Program-made: the position numbers and the translations under genes
In this document: positions 20,114-29,928 of the stretch, piece by piece
Position numbering within the stretch: position 1 is the first letter of the stretch
Layout of the letters: every line of letters begins with the position of its first letter
NCBI GenBank assembly: GCA_963665275.2
Contig: CAXXIN010000017.1
Location: 32,001 to 96,000 of the forward strand
Length of the DNA stretch: 64,000 nt
Direction of reading: 5' to 3'
Source of the DNA: Negativicutes bacterium
Lineage (GTDB): Bacteria; Bacillota; Negativicutes; UBA1444
Notes under the pieces: generated by a model
What the model was told of the DNA's origin: nothing
Database searches by the model: none
What the model saw: the letters and a program-made list of their open reading frames with translations, nothing else

Positions 20114-21073
20114 TTACAAATGAATCGAGTCTAACACGGCGCGAACTGTTTTGGCGCAATTCTTCATCTGGAGAATTTCAGTTTCCGGCAGTGGCAGGGG
20201 AAGCCTTTTTTCCACACCATTTTTACCAATAACACAAGGTATGCTCAGGGAGACCTTTTCATCAATCCCATATTCTCCATTCATCGTCACAGAAACCGGC
20301 CCTACAAAACGTTCGTCAAACAAAACGGCTTTAGCCAGTCGAACCGCCCCCATCGCGATCCCTGTATTCGTCCAGCCTTTTCCATTCAAAACATCATAAG
20401 CGACTTGAACGACTTGCTTGCCGATCGCAGCTCTGTCAATCGGGGAAGCGACTTCAAAGTAATCATCCAGTTGATCTGCAGGAACTCCACCGATATTTAC
20501 CATGCTCCAGGCGGGGAAGGCGGAGTTGCCGTGCTCACCCAGCATGAAGGCTTGCACACTGCCCGGCGCAACATTATAGCGGTCTGCAAGAATTCGCTTG
20601 AGTCGGGCGGTTTCCAGCGTCGTCCCCGTACCAAACAGTTTCCCTTGCGGATAGCCAAAATAATTGGCTGCATAATATGTCGTAATGTCCAGAGGATTGG
20701 TGATAAAAATGATTACAGCGTCTTGGGTGTATTGAACGATTTGACTCATAACCTCTTTAACCGTTTCAGCATTACGGCCCGCTAAGACAAGACGATCCAA
20801 ATTTTCACCGCGAAGAACGCTGGGGCCGGCGCACATAATGATTACCTTGGCGTCCGCGCAATCTTGGTAAGTTCCTTTATGAACATAAATATTCGCATTG
20901 TAGTCGAATGGCGTGGCATGATCAGCGTCCAAGGCTTCGCCCATGGCTTTTTCTTCGTCAATATCAATCAAAGCAATTTCTGAAGCGATTTGGTGAGCGA
21001 TGGCGGTAGACAGAACCTGTGAACCGACATGTCCCACTCCAATGATTACCAACTTATTTGATACTTGACTCAT
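20114..21073 (-). CDS. ldh: L-lactate dehydrogenase (LDH/MDH family)
   Basis: IIGVGHVG Rossmann motif, TNPLD, GTGTTLETARL, GEHGNS; substrate specificity not certain. Confidence 0.8.
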   Translation of the reverse strand: MSQVSNKLVIIGVGHVGSQVLSTAIAHQIASEIALIDIDEEKAMGEALDADHATPFDYNANIYVHKGTYQDCADAKVIIMCAGPSVLRGENLDRLVLAGRNAETVKEVMSQIVQYTQDAVIIFITNPLDITTYYAANYFGYPQGKLFGTGTTLETARLKRILADRYNVAPGSVQAFMLGEHGNSAFPAWSMVNIGGVPADQLDDYFEVASPIDRAAIGKQVVQVAYDVLNGKGWTNTGIAMGAVRLAKAVLFDERFVGPVSVTMNGEYGIDEKVSLSIPCVIGKNGVEKRLPLPLPETEILQMKNCAKTVRAVLDSIHL

Positions 21074-21233
21074 AAACATCCCTCCATGCATTCTAGGCAG
21101 ATCAGCCCTGTCATTGAGCTGTTTTCCAACAGTAACTATTACTATTAGTTCGCTTTTTAATATTATTCTTTCTCTTCCCTTAGGTCAACTGAAAACATAA
21201 ATTTTTCTACCCAACTCCTGTGTCAAGCCATCA

Positions 21234-21597
21234 CTAGGCCCTCTGACGGCAATAGTCACGGAAATTATTGACAGCAGTAAAGAACTCCCGCAACATAATC
21301 ACTCCGAGATAAGGTTTCGTCGTTATGAAAACACCATCCTTCGTGCCTTTTCCAACTCCGCCACTCAGTCGAAAAAACAGCAAAAATGGACCAAAGGCTG
21401 AGTGAAGCACACCAACCATATTTCTGCCGCAAATGTTTAGAATCAACCCTCAATCCAAACAACTGCATCATAAAATCATACAACATCATTGAGAAACGGC
21501 TAAATTTTCGCCGCGCTGCGATCGGGAAATTCACCGCTTCGATCTGTTGAATATATTCAGGGATGTTGAACGTGTTCGCATAAACGCACCCGCTTAA
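21234..21597 (-). pseudogene. 3' remnant of the MenK-like radical SAM gene
   Basis: Nucleotide-level match to ~43270-43634; encodes ...NTFNIPEYIQQI...REFFTAVNNFRDYCRQ; no 5' part. Confidence 0.88.
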
Positions 21598-21644
21598 ATT
21601 ATGTAACCCAATATTATTCTAATCATACTGCACTTTCAATCATA

Positions 21645-21685
21645 AAATGAAACTCCCGGCAAAATATGCCGGGAATTTCATTTTA
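21645..21685 (-). terminator. Intrinsic terminator
   Basis: Core tcccggcaaaatatgccggga extended by cataaaatgaaa/tttcattttatg; the same core occurs at ~58486. Confidence 0.7.
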
Positions 21686-21688
21686 TGG

Positions 21689-21925
21689 CTACTCATGATA
21701 AATTTCGAACAGCGCATCCGGTGGTGAAGCTACGATTGCAGCAGCCATAAATTCTTTCACTTTCTGCAATCGAACCCTTTCATCTTTCGTGATTACTTCC
21801 GCATGAATTTTGCGGGATAGATCCATGAACTCCTCTGGGATGACACCTTCCTTTACTGCCAGCCCAATTTGGGACTCTCCATAGCACACTTCAAAATAAT
21901 ATTTTCCGATTGGTATTTTTTTCAT
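21689..21925 (-). CDS. 78-aa protein, probably the C-terminal part of an FmdE-like hypothetical family
   Basis: GKYYFEVCYG..LAVKEGVIPEEFMDLSRK..RLQKVKE..ALF; family recalled from memory only. Confidence 0.45.
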   Translation of the reverse strand: MKKIPIGKYYFEVCYGESQIGLAVKEGVIPEEFMDLSRKIHAEVITKDERVRLQKVKEFMAAAIVASPPDALFEIYHE

Positions 21926-21940
21926 TATTCATCAAAATCA

Positions 21941-22081
21941 TTATCCATCATTTCGTTCTTCCAGTTCTCCTTCAATCGACAAATAGCGTTTTTTCAATTC
22001 ATTCGCCACACCTTCATCCGGGCACCACATTCCACGTTTCACTGCCTCCAGCAATTTTTCCGCGATACGCTGCCTTGTCAA
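21941..22081 (-). pseudogene. 46-codon remnant of the CobN C-terminus
   Basis: LTRQRIAEKLLEAVKRGMWCPDEGVANELKKRYLSIEGELEERNDG* aligns with CobN end RRIAEKLLEAQQRGMWEAKENTLDELRKLYLSIEGELEERSDG. Confidence 0.85.
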
Positions 22082-23385
22082 CCATCATTACTCCGCCGCT
22101 GCTTCTCCGCCGCAAAATTATTCCACAGGCGTTCCAATAGATTGGCTGCGCCACGCAGACCCATGAAAGGCCTCCCCGTGAGAATCACTTCGTCGTAAAC
22201 CGGCAAGGCAATGTTGCAACACACAGTCCCTGCTATCGATTGTTGACGCAAAAATGCTTTTTCACTGCCGCTCCCCAACAACAGGCCACCTGATAAGTTT
22301 TTCAGGCGGTTCTCGATTTCTTTACTGCTTGCCGCTCCATCCAAGATCGAATCCACATAGGATGGCATAGGACCGGCCATTGGCCCGTCATGCGCCACTA
22401 CCGTCAGTGCTCCAATGTCCGCCCACTCCAACCGTAAAGCCCGCGCCAGTCCTATCGCCACGGATCCCGGCGCTGCGACAACCGCTTGCTCGAACCAAAG
22501 ATCACCCCAGAACCGTTCCATATCCGCAATTGCCGTCCGAAATTCCTGTTGCCTGGAATTCGCTTCTTTCCGAAGAAAATTGCCTGCGGCGACCGGGTTG
22601 GAAGGGACATGAATTTTCAGCGTATCAATCCACGATACGGTTTGTTCGATTCCATACGGCGGCAACAGGGACACATAAGGCATATCGTATTGCTTCTGCA
22701 GTTGGCGCGCCAGTTCGCCTCCCAGTTCTTCATGCACAACGAGATTGATCGCAGCTCGTCGCATGAAAGCCATCTCGCCAACCGACGATCCCAATCCCGG
22801 CGAAACATGCAGCCGGTATCCAGCCATCAATAGTACCCGCCGCAGTTCCTCCAGATCAGTCACCGCATTGTAATAGCCAACCGAAAGCCCCAATAAATTA
22901 ACGGCCCTGGGATCTATCGCCGAGCAAGAGGGTAACTCCAGCATTTCAAAATACTTTTGAGTCGCTGCGCGATAACCTTCCCAAAACCCGCCGACAAGAC
23001 CGCCGCCATCCATGCATACTACCGGGCAGCCCAAATTCGCCTGACGTGCAATTCCTGCCAAATCATCACCAATAAGCCCCACCGAGCAATTATTAATAAT
23101 GAGAATCACCGAAGGTGAACACTTCTCTTTCAGCGTGTCCAGCGTCTCCAGCAAACAAGCCTCTGTGCCATACACAACCGCCTCATTATCCGCCTGCGAA
23201 CAAAAGAAACGTTCAGGTAACGAGGGACACTGTTTTTCCAAATATCTGCGAGCGTAAAAAGAGCACCATAGAGGCCCGTTGACCACCACCGCCGCATCGG
23301 GAATTCCCGCAAAAAAAGCTGTAGCTCCTGTTAGAGCGCAAGCGCTTACTTGCGTGCAAGCGTTATCCCATTCCGACTTAGCCAT
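22078..23385 (-). CDS. Nitrogenase-like component 1 oxidoreductase subunit (second subunit)
   Basis: SACALTGA, NGPLWC, VVYGTE..L, NNCSVGLIGDDL, VNLLG, PYGIEQT..W, PFMGLRGA. Confidence 0.9.
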   Translation of the reverse strand: MAKSEWDNACTQVSACALTGATAFFAGIPDAAVVVNGPLWCSFYARRYLEKQCPSLPERFFCSQADNEAVVYGTEACLLETLDTLKEKCSPSVILIINNCSVGLIGDDLAGIARQANLGCPVVCMDGGGLVGGFWEGYRAATQKYFEMLELPSCSAIDPRAVNLLGLSVGYYNAVTDLEELRRVLLMAGYRLHVSPGLGSSVGEMAFMRRAAINLVVHEELGGELARQLQKQYDMPYVSLLPPYGIEQTVSWIDTLKIHVPSNPVAAGNFLRKEANSRQQEFRTAIADMERFWGDLWFEQAVVAAPGSVAIGLARALRLEWADIGALTVVAHDGPMAGPMPSYVDSILDGAASSKEIENRLKNLSGGLLLGSGSEKAFLRQQSIAGTVCCNIALPVYDEVILTGRPFMGLRGAANLLERLWNNFAAEKQRRSNDG

Positions 23386-24676
23386 AAATGATTCCTCCCC
23401 TGTTGCCCCGCCGCTCTGCCAAGCGCACCATTAATTCCAGCAAATAAACGACTCCCCGCACCCCGACCAAGGGCTGCATTGGCAATAATAATTGGGGTTT
23501 CAACGGCTCCTCCAGCTCATGGGTTGATATGATGAAATCGGCTCCGCGCATGACATCCGACGTTTCCGTCGAACCAAGGATCGGGGCAATCGTCTGCCGA
23601 GGCAATTGCTCTCGCAAAGCCGTTTGCTGAGTAGTTGTCAGCGAATCCTCCAACAACACCACGCCACTCAGTCTAGCGCCGGACAGTTCGATCAGCTCGA
23701 ATACCCACGCCGGATCGAACAGCAGCAGGGAGCGACCAATGCAAAAAACAAGTTTTTTCCCCTGTAACCGAAGCGTTACTATTTGTAGTTGCTCATTAAG
23801 TTCCAATGTTTGTTCATTGATCGCTTCTAGCGCTACTGTTTTTTGATTCAACTGTTCACCCATGGCGAATAGCCAATCTCTCGTCCGACTCCAGCCAACG
23901 GGGTAATCTTCTTTCAGCCAAGCAGTTCCGAACATAGTCTGCAAATCGCCTGCAAGTTTTTCCATCCATGGTCTGGCCTGTGGTGAACCGCCTACCGGAA
24001 TATTGATCGCAGCGGCCGGAACGAGTTGCATTTCTTCGATGGATGCATTCGCCGGAAACAAACTGAATTCTTCAAACCCGAAATAGCTCGACAAACGCTT
24101 AATTTCGATAATATCCCGGGTATTGTATCCACCGCGGTCTCCTAAAATCGTAATTCGTTTTTCTTGACGTGGCCGTGGTGTCATAAAGCGCTCCGCCAAT
24201 ATGCGGGCAGAGTGATAAAATCCGGCGTAAAAATCGCCATCCAAAAAACTGTGACAAGGAATTGAAAGAATCGGAACTTGCCAATCTTTCTCGGCCTGCG
24301 AGGCCATCGCATCGACATCGTCGCCAATCACACCCGCCACGCAGGAATTGGCAATGACCACATAGCGAGGATGATATTTTTCCACAACCCAATCAATGCA
24401 TTTGCGCAGTTGTTCACTGCCGCCAAAGATCGAATGTTCTTCCCGCAGTGCGCTGCACACCAGCGGCGCCGTGTATTGTCCCGGTGTAAAATAGTCACGC
24501 CCTATGGACCGGTACTGTATCCCCAAATCCATCTCATGGGTGACGTGGGCGCAGGATCGAGGGCTATGATAGATAACCGCGGCGCCCTCATTGCGCGAAA
24601 CTGCGCGCCAAACGCCGGACATACTGCAACTGTGGCTTTTGTTGCGCAACCGGATTGCCCGTCTACTCGATACCAT
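23378..24676 (-). CDS. Nitrogenase-like component 1 oxidoreductase subunit (first subunit)
   Basis: HSCSMSG, HSPRSCAH, SIFGGSEQL, NSCVAGVIGDDV, PVGWSRT..WL; no Cys at the NifD FeMoco-ligand position. Confidence 0.9.
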   Translation of the reverse strand: MVSSRRAIRLRNKSHSCSMSGVWRAVSRNEGAAVIYHSPRSCAHVTHEMDLGIQYRSIGRDYFTPGQYTAPLVCSALREEHSIFGGSEQLRKCIDWVVEKYHPRYVVIANSCVAGVIGDDVDAMASQAEKDWQVPILSIPCHSFLDGDFYAGFYHSARILAERFMTPRPRQEKRITILGDRGGYNTRDIIEIKRLSSYFGFEEFSLFPANASIEEMQLVPAAAINIPVGGSPQARPWMEKLAGDLQTMFGTAWLKEDYPVGWSRTRDWLFAMGEQLNQKTVALEAINEQTLELNEQLQIVTLRLQGKKLVFCIGRSLLLFDPAWVFELIELSGARLSGVVLLEDSLTTTQQTALREQLPRQTIAPILGSTETSDVMRGADFIISTHELEEPLKPQLLLPMQPLVGVRGVVYLLELMVRLAERRGNRGGIIYG

Positions 24677-25475
24677 AGTCCAGCACCAACTTTTCCAATT
24701 CATCAAAACTTAAGGGTGCCGGTATATTCAAAACCTCATTTTCCATAATGAAGCTTGCCAATTGGCGATATATCTGCGCCTGGTTGGCTTCAGCATTCCA
24801 CTGAATCACCGTTTGCTTATGAATCTCCGCCTGATGCACCACCTTGTCCCGAGGAATGAACGCAACCAACCGGGTATTCAGCCGAGATGCAAAATCGCTC
24901 AACAATTCCCGTTCATTATCGATAGCACGGCTGTTGCCGATGATTCCACCGATGCGCACTTTCCCCCGTCCCGCAAAACGGGCAATTCCTTTGGCAATAT
25001 TATTGGCTGCATACAGCGACATCAATTCACCGGAAGACACGATATATATCTCTGTCGCGTACCCTTCCCGAATCGGTACGGCAAACCCGCCGCATACCAC
25101 ATCGCCCAATACATCGTAAAGAACCAGCTTCTCATCGGTAATGACATTTAGTGCCCGCAGTTTTTCCAGCGCCACAATAATCCCGCGACCGGCGCAGCCC
25201 ACACCAGGTTCCGGCCCACCCGCCTCCACACATTGCACCCCATTGAATCCGTTATGCACGATTTGCTCGACAGTAATATCGTCGCCTTCAGCACGAACCG
25301 TATCCAGAACCGTATGCGGACACACCCTGCCAAGCAGCAGTCGGGTTGAATCGTTCTTGGGATCGCAACCGATTTGGCAGACCGGATATCCCTTCTCTGC
25401 CAGCGCTGCCGAAACATTAGCCGCTGTCGTCGATTTTCCAATCCCGCCCTTGCCATAAAACGCAATTTTCTTCAT
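24663..25475 (-). CDS. NifH-family iron protein (group IV, nitrogenase-like reductase component)
   Basis: YGKGGIGKSTT, GCDPKNDST, EAGGPEPGVGCAGRG, DVLGDVVCGGFAVPIREG. Confidence 0.95.
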   Translation of the reverse strand: MKKIAFYGKGGIGKSTTAANVSAALAEKGYPVCQIGCDPKNDSTRLLLGRVCPHTVLDTVRAEGDDITVEQIVHNGFNGVQCVEAGGPEPGVGCAGRGIIVALEKLRALNVITDEKLVLYDVLGDVVCGGFAVPIREGYATEIYIVSSGELMSLYAANNIAKGIARFAGRGKVRIGGIIGNSRAIDNERELLSDFASRLNTRLVAFIPRDKVVHQAEIHKQTVIQWNAEANQAQIYRQLASFIMENEVLNIPAPLSFDELEKLVLDYGIE

Positions 25476-25884
25476 GCCAAACTTATTCCTTTCTTCCCTA
25501 TCCCCTGAATTTATGGTTGAAATCAGCAGGTGCGCATTAGTCCGTATATAGGAATAACGACGAGTTAATTCCCGTCGCTGACAATCTTCCCTATTCTCTT
25601 CAATGTCGCCATCAGGTGCGCCATTTTATTTCGCCGCTGTCCAAATACGAAATTCCTTCCCCAGGGCTCATTATTTTTTCTTTAGGCTTGGGCTTGGAGG
25701 GATACGCCCTGCAGCGCTTATATCATCCCTCCGTTATTTCCCATTCACGGGAAAACTCCCAAGTTCCGCGGGGCAAATCATCGGTGAACGCGTCCACCAT
25801 CCGCAATTCATCCCGCCGAATTGCACGGGTGTATTCGACTGCGCTCCTGCTGCAGTATGATTTGACATTGAAAAGGCAATGGTT

Positions 25885-26223
25885 CTATGCCTGACTGATA
25901 ATTTGGACGCCAGCAACGCCAAACGCCTGCTTAAGCGGCGTAATGAAATTTCTCTCCAACAGAGACCGGTGGAACTCTTTATCGGTTACGATGCGCAAAA
26001 ACGCACCATCTCGGCGCATTCCGACCAATGTTTCAATGTACTTGCCGAAATCCTCTTCACCAATCAGCCCTTTCAGAGCTTCCAGTTCCGGTTGCAATTC
26101 CTGTCGGGCTGCCACCAGCCGGGAAGATAACGGAGTAAATGCTTCCATGTGCAGTCCCGGTGAATTCATGACCGACAAATTTTCTTCAAACTCTTCAGGT
26201 TGCATTTCGCGATGAAGTAACAT
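25885..26223 (-). CDS. Hypothetical protein
   Basis: ORF with AAGGAGG RBS before MLLHREM; directly follows the 93-aa ORF. Confidence 0.7.
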   Translation of the reverse strand: MLLHREMQPEEFEENLSVMNSPGLHMEAFTPLSSRLVAARQELQPELEALKGLIGEEDFGKYIETLVGMRRDGAFLRIVTDKEFHRSLLERNFITPLKQAFGVAGVQIISQA

Positions 26224-26257
26224 AACTCGACCTCCTTCGCACATAATTGAAGTGTTT

Positions 26258-26539
26258 TTATTTCACTGTATCCAGCAGAAGCAAAATATTGTTGCCGACT
26301 TCCGCATGAAATCTGATCTTGTCCTGATAGTAACTCCAGGACACATGCATCGCGTCATTCTTCGCTCCATATGTTTCTTGAAATTTAGCCGCCATTGCTT
26401 CAGACAGTTTCACTTCCAGCATCAAATTGTAGATGTCATACTTGTCATCTACTTTGACGTATTGCGAATCAATGACTGTCAGCTGGTAACGCTTTTCAAT
26501 CAGTTCAATGAGCCCCGCCAACACATTTTTCTCAGTCAT
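26258..26539 (-). CDS. Hypothetical protein
   Basis: 93-aa ORF with GGAGG RBS just after meaB. Confidence 0.7.
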   Translation of the reverse strand: MTEKNVLAGLIELIEKRYQLTVIDSQYVKVDDKYDIYNLMLEVKLSEAMAAKFQETYGAKNDAMHVSWSYYQDKIRFHAEVGNNILLLLDTVK

Positions 26540-26557
26540 CGCCCACGAACCTCCACA

Positions 26558-27733
26558 CTATTTGATTTCAAATGGAGATATCCCTTCCATGCTCTGGGAC
26601 CGAACCTTGGCAAATTCGTCGATATACCGCTGCACCGCCATCGTGGCCGACAATCTTCCGCCAATCACATCGCTTTCCAATGTTTTACGGCAGGTAATGA
26701 TCTCCGGCGCGCGATAAAACAGATTATGCAAATGCTCCTCGACCATGGCGTACACCCAGGAAAGGGTCTGTTGTTTGCGGCGCTCCGCCAAAACGTCATT
26801 AGCCTGCCCCTGCGCCATGAATTTCATGATCACATCGTTCCACAATTCTTTGATCCCGTCGCCAGTCATCGCCGAGCAGGCAAACGCTTTCGTTTCCCAT
26901 TGATCGGTAGCCTGGCGGATAAAATATAAAATTCGTTCATATTCGGCGCGGGTGACTAGCGCTCTGCGCCGGTTGTCCCCATCGGCTTTGTTGACCACAA
27001 CGGCGTCGGCAAGTTCCATCACGCCTTTTTTCATGCCTTGCAGCTCATCGCCGGCCCCGGTAATGACAACAAGCAGGAAAAAATCGACCATGGATCGCAC
27101 GGTGGTTTCGCTTTGGCCGACCCCTACTGTTTCTACCAGGATTGTGTCATAACCGGCTGCTTCGCATAAAAGCAAAGTTTCCCGGCTTTTTCGCGTCAAT
27201 CCGCCCAAGGTTCCCCCTGACGGGGAGGGCCGGATGAACGCATTTTTTTCGCGCGACAGTTGTTCCATACGTGTTTTGTCGCCCAGGATACTACCTTTGG
27301 TGACAGTGCTGGACGGATCAACCGCCAGCACTGCTACCCGATGGCCACTTTGACACAGATAGGTTCCCATCGCTTCAATGAATGTACTTTTACCAGCACC
27401 AGGAAAACCGGTAATACCCACCCGAGTCGATTTTCCAGTGTAAGGCAAGAGCTTTTGAATGACTTGTTGCGCCACTTCAAAATGAGCCGCTGCATTACTT
27501 TCGACCAGCGTAATCGCCCGGGAAAGGATCATGCGGTCGCCGCCGAGCACGCCCGCAACATAATCCTCCACAGTCAATTTACGCCTTTTGATTACTGGAG
27601 CCGTATTTTTTATCGGCTCAGTCCGGCTATTCGGCATTCCATCATGGCCGCCATTGACGCCGCACATTACCCGGCACGCAAATTTATCGTCGTCATTTTT
27701 CGGCGCCCATTCCGGCTTGTAAATTTCAGTCAT
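26558..27733 (-). CDS. meaB: Methylmalonyl-CoA mutase-associated GTPase MeaB
   Basis: LSRAITLVES, GITGFPGAGKST, AVDPSS..GSILGDKTRM, ETVGVGQSE, GDELQGMKKG. Confidence 0.95.
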   Translation of the reverse strand: MTEIYKPEWAPKNDDDKFACRVMCGVNGGHDGMPNSRTEPIKNTAPVIKRRKLTVEDYVAGVLGGDRMILSRAITLVESNAAAHFEVAQQVIQKLLPYTGKSTRVGITGFPGAGKSTFIEAMGTYLCQSGHRVAVLAVDPSSTVTKGSILGDKTRMEQLSREKNAFIRPSPSGGTLGGLTRKSRETLLLCEAAGYDTILVETVGVGQSETTVRSMVDFFLLVVITGAGDELQGMKKGVMELADAVVVNKADGDNRRRALVTRAEYERILYFIRQATDQWETKAFACSAMTGDGIKELWNDVIMKFMAQGQANDVLAERRKQQTLSWVYAMVEEHLHNLFYRAPEIITCRKTLESDVIGGRLSATMAVQRYIDEFAKVRSQSMEGISPFEIK

Positions 27734-27737
27734 ATCA

Positions 27738-29927
27738 TTACTCCGCGAGTCTCTTGGACAATTCTTCAAGCACTTTCTTGGCGCAAACCGGAATGATGGT
27801 GCCAGGTCCAAAAATTGCCGCTGCGCCGTGTTCTTTGAGGAACGCGTAATCCTGCGCCGGAATAACGCCGCCGATCACGACCATGATATCTTCGCGACCG
27901 CGCTTCTTCAGTTCTTCGATCAACTGCGGCATCAACGTTTTATGACCGGCAGCAAGTGAACTCATCCCGACAATGTGCACGTCGTTGTCCACAGCATCCT
28001 GTGCCGCTTCTTCCGGTGTCTGGAACAAAGGACCGATATCAACGTCGTATCCCATATCCGCGAAAGCGGTCGCGATGACCTTCGCTCCGCGATCATGTCC
28101 ATCCTGGCCCCATTTTTGCGATCATGATACGAGGCCGGCGACCTTCGTGTTTTTCGAACTCATTCGCCAAGTCCCGCACTTCTTTGATGACGTCTTCATC
28201 TGCGAATTCACTGCTGTAAACGCCGGAAATAGAGCGAATGATCGCTTTATGACGACCGCAGACTTTCTCCACCGCATCGGAGATCTCGCCCTTGCTGGCG
28301 CGAGCCCGCGCTGCGTTAACAGCCAGTTCCAGCAAGTTGCCTTCGCCGGTTTCCATGGAATGAGTGATGGCATTCAACCAGTGTTCTACATCCTCTTGGT
28401 TTCGATTTGCGCGCAATTTTCGAAGTCGTTCGATTTGCGACAGCCGCACGGCGGTATTGTCGACTTCGAGAATATCCAGCGGATCTTCTTTTTCCAGCCG
28501 GTAATCATTCACGCCGACGATTTTTTCGGCGCCGGAATCGATATGAGCCTGCCGACGGGCGGAAGCTTCTTCGATTCTCATCTTCGGCAATCCGGTATCG
28601 ATGGCTTTGGACATACCGCCCAGCGCTTCGACTTCCTGTATATGCGCCCCAGGCGCTTCGGATCAGCTGGTTGGTCAGGGCTTCCACATAGTAGGAACCG
28701 CCCCAGGGATCGATGACTTTGCATACCTTGGTTTCATCCTGAATGTAGAGCTGCGTATTACGCGCAATACGGGCGGAAAAGTCGGTCGGCAAAGCGATCG
28801 CTTCATCCAGCGCGTTGGTATGCAATGACTGTGTGTGACCCAGCGCCGCCGCCATGGCTTCGACGCAGGTACGGGTAATGTTGTTGAACGGATCTTGCTC
28901 GGTCAGGCTCCAGCCGGAAGTCTGCGAGTGGGTACGCAGCGACATGGATTTTGTTTTCTTCGGGCCGAACGAATTGACGATTTTTGCCCAAAATCACGCG
29001 AGCGGCACGCATTTTTGCCACTTCCATGAAATAGTTTTTTCCAATCGCCCAGAAGAATGACAGCCGGGGAGCAAATTGGTCAATCTGCAGACCGTGTTCT
29101 GTACCGGTTCGCAGATATTCGAGACCGTCGGCCAACGTGTAGCCCAGCTCGATATCCGCAGTGGCTCCGGCTTCCTGCATGTGATAGCCGGAAATACTGA
29201 TGCTGTTGAATTTTGGCATATAGGCCGATGTATACTCGAAAATATCGCCGATGATACGCATGGAAGCAACGGGAGGATAAATATACGTATTTCGCACCAT
29301 GAACTCTTTCAGGATATCGTTCTGAATCGTACCGGCCATGATTTTTTTATCCACGCCCTGCTCTTCGCCCGCCAAAATATAGAAGGCCAGGATAGGAAGC
29401 ACTGCGCCGTTCATGGTCATTGACACCGACATTTGATCCAGTGGGATACCGGAGAACAGGATTTCCATGTCCAGGATCGAATCCACAGCCACGCCTGCCT
29501 TGCCAACATCGCCGACAACACGAGGATGATCGGAGTCATAACCCCTGTGAGTGGCAAGGTCAAAAGCGATGGACAGACCTTTTTGCCCGGCAGCCAGATT
29601 CCGGCGATAGAAAGCGTTACTTTCTTCGGCTGTGGAAAAGCCTGCATATTGACGGACCGTCCAAGGCTTCGTGACATACATCGTAGGATACGGCCCGCGC
29701 AGATACGGCGGCACACCCGCCATATACATCAAATGCTTGCAATCTTTGTAGGCTCTTTCGTCATACAACGGATCGAGGTTGATTTGCTCCATCGTCCGAA
29801 AAATATTTGCCTCGAACGATTTACCGGTTTCCCTTTCCAGATTGGCCTTCCATGCGTCATAACCTGATTGTCCGGGATTCGCCGCCTTGTGAAAGGGAAT
29901 TGCGCCAAAATCAGGAAATTTAGCCAT
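27738..29927 (-). CDS. mutB: Methylmalonyl-CoA mutase large (catalytic) subunit, about 3 single-base frameshifts
   Basis: [55 protein letters not shown](Q)[18 protein letters not shown] spread across consecutive frames. Confidence 0.92.
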
Positions 29928-29928
29928 C

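Noticed and set aside
22078-25475. Genuine nitrogen fixation (nifHDK)
   Set aside because: No FeMoco-ligand motifs, subunits short and divergent, and no nifB/E/N in the window.
17654-25475. Methanogen-type F430 or formylmethanofuran pathway
   Set aside because: Context is bacterial, with no cfbA/B/E, mcr or fmd catalytic subunits.
25480-25880. Cobalamin riboswitch upstream of the nifH-like gene
   Set aside because: Only an isolated AATAGGGAA is present; GCCACTG and the B12 box are missing. A short open frame here could not be assigned.
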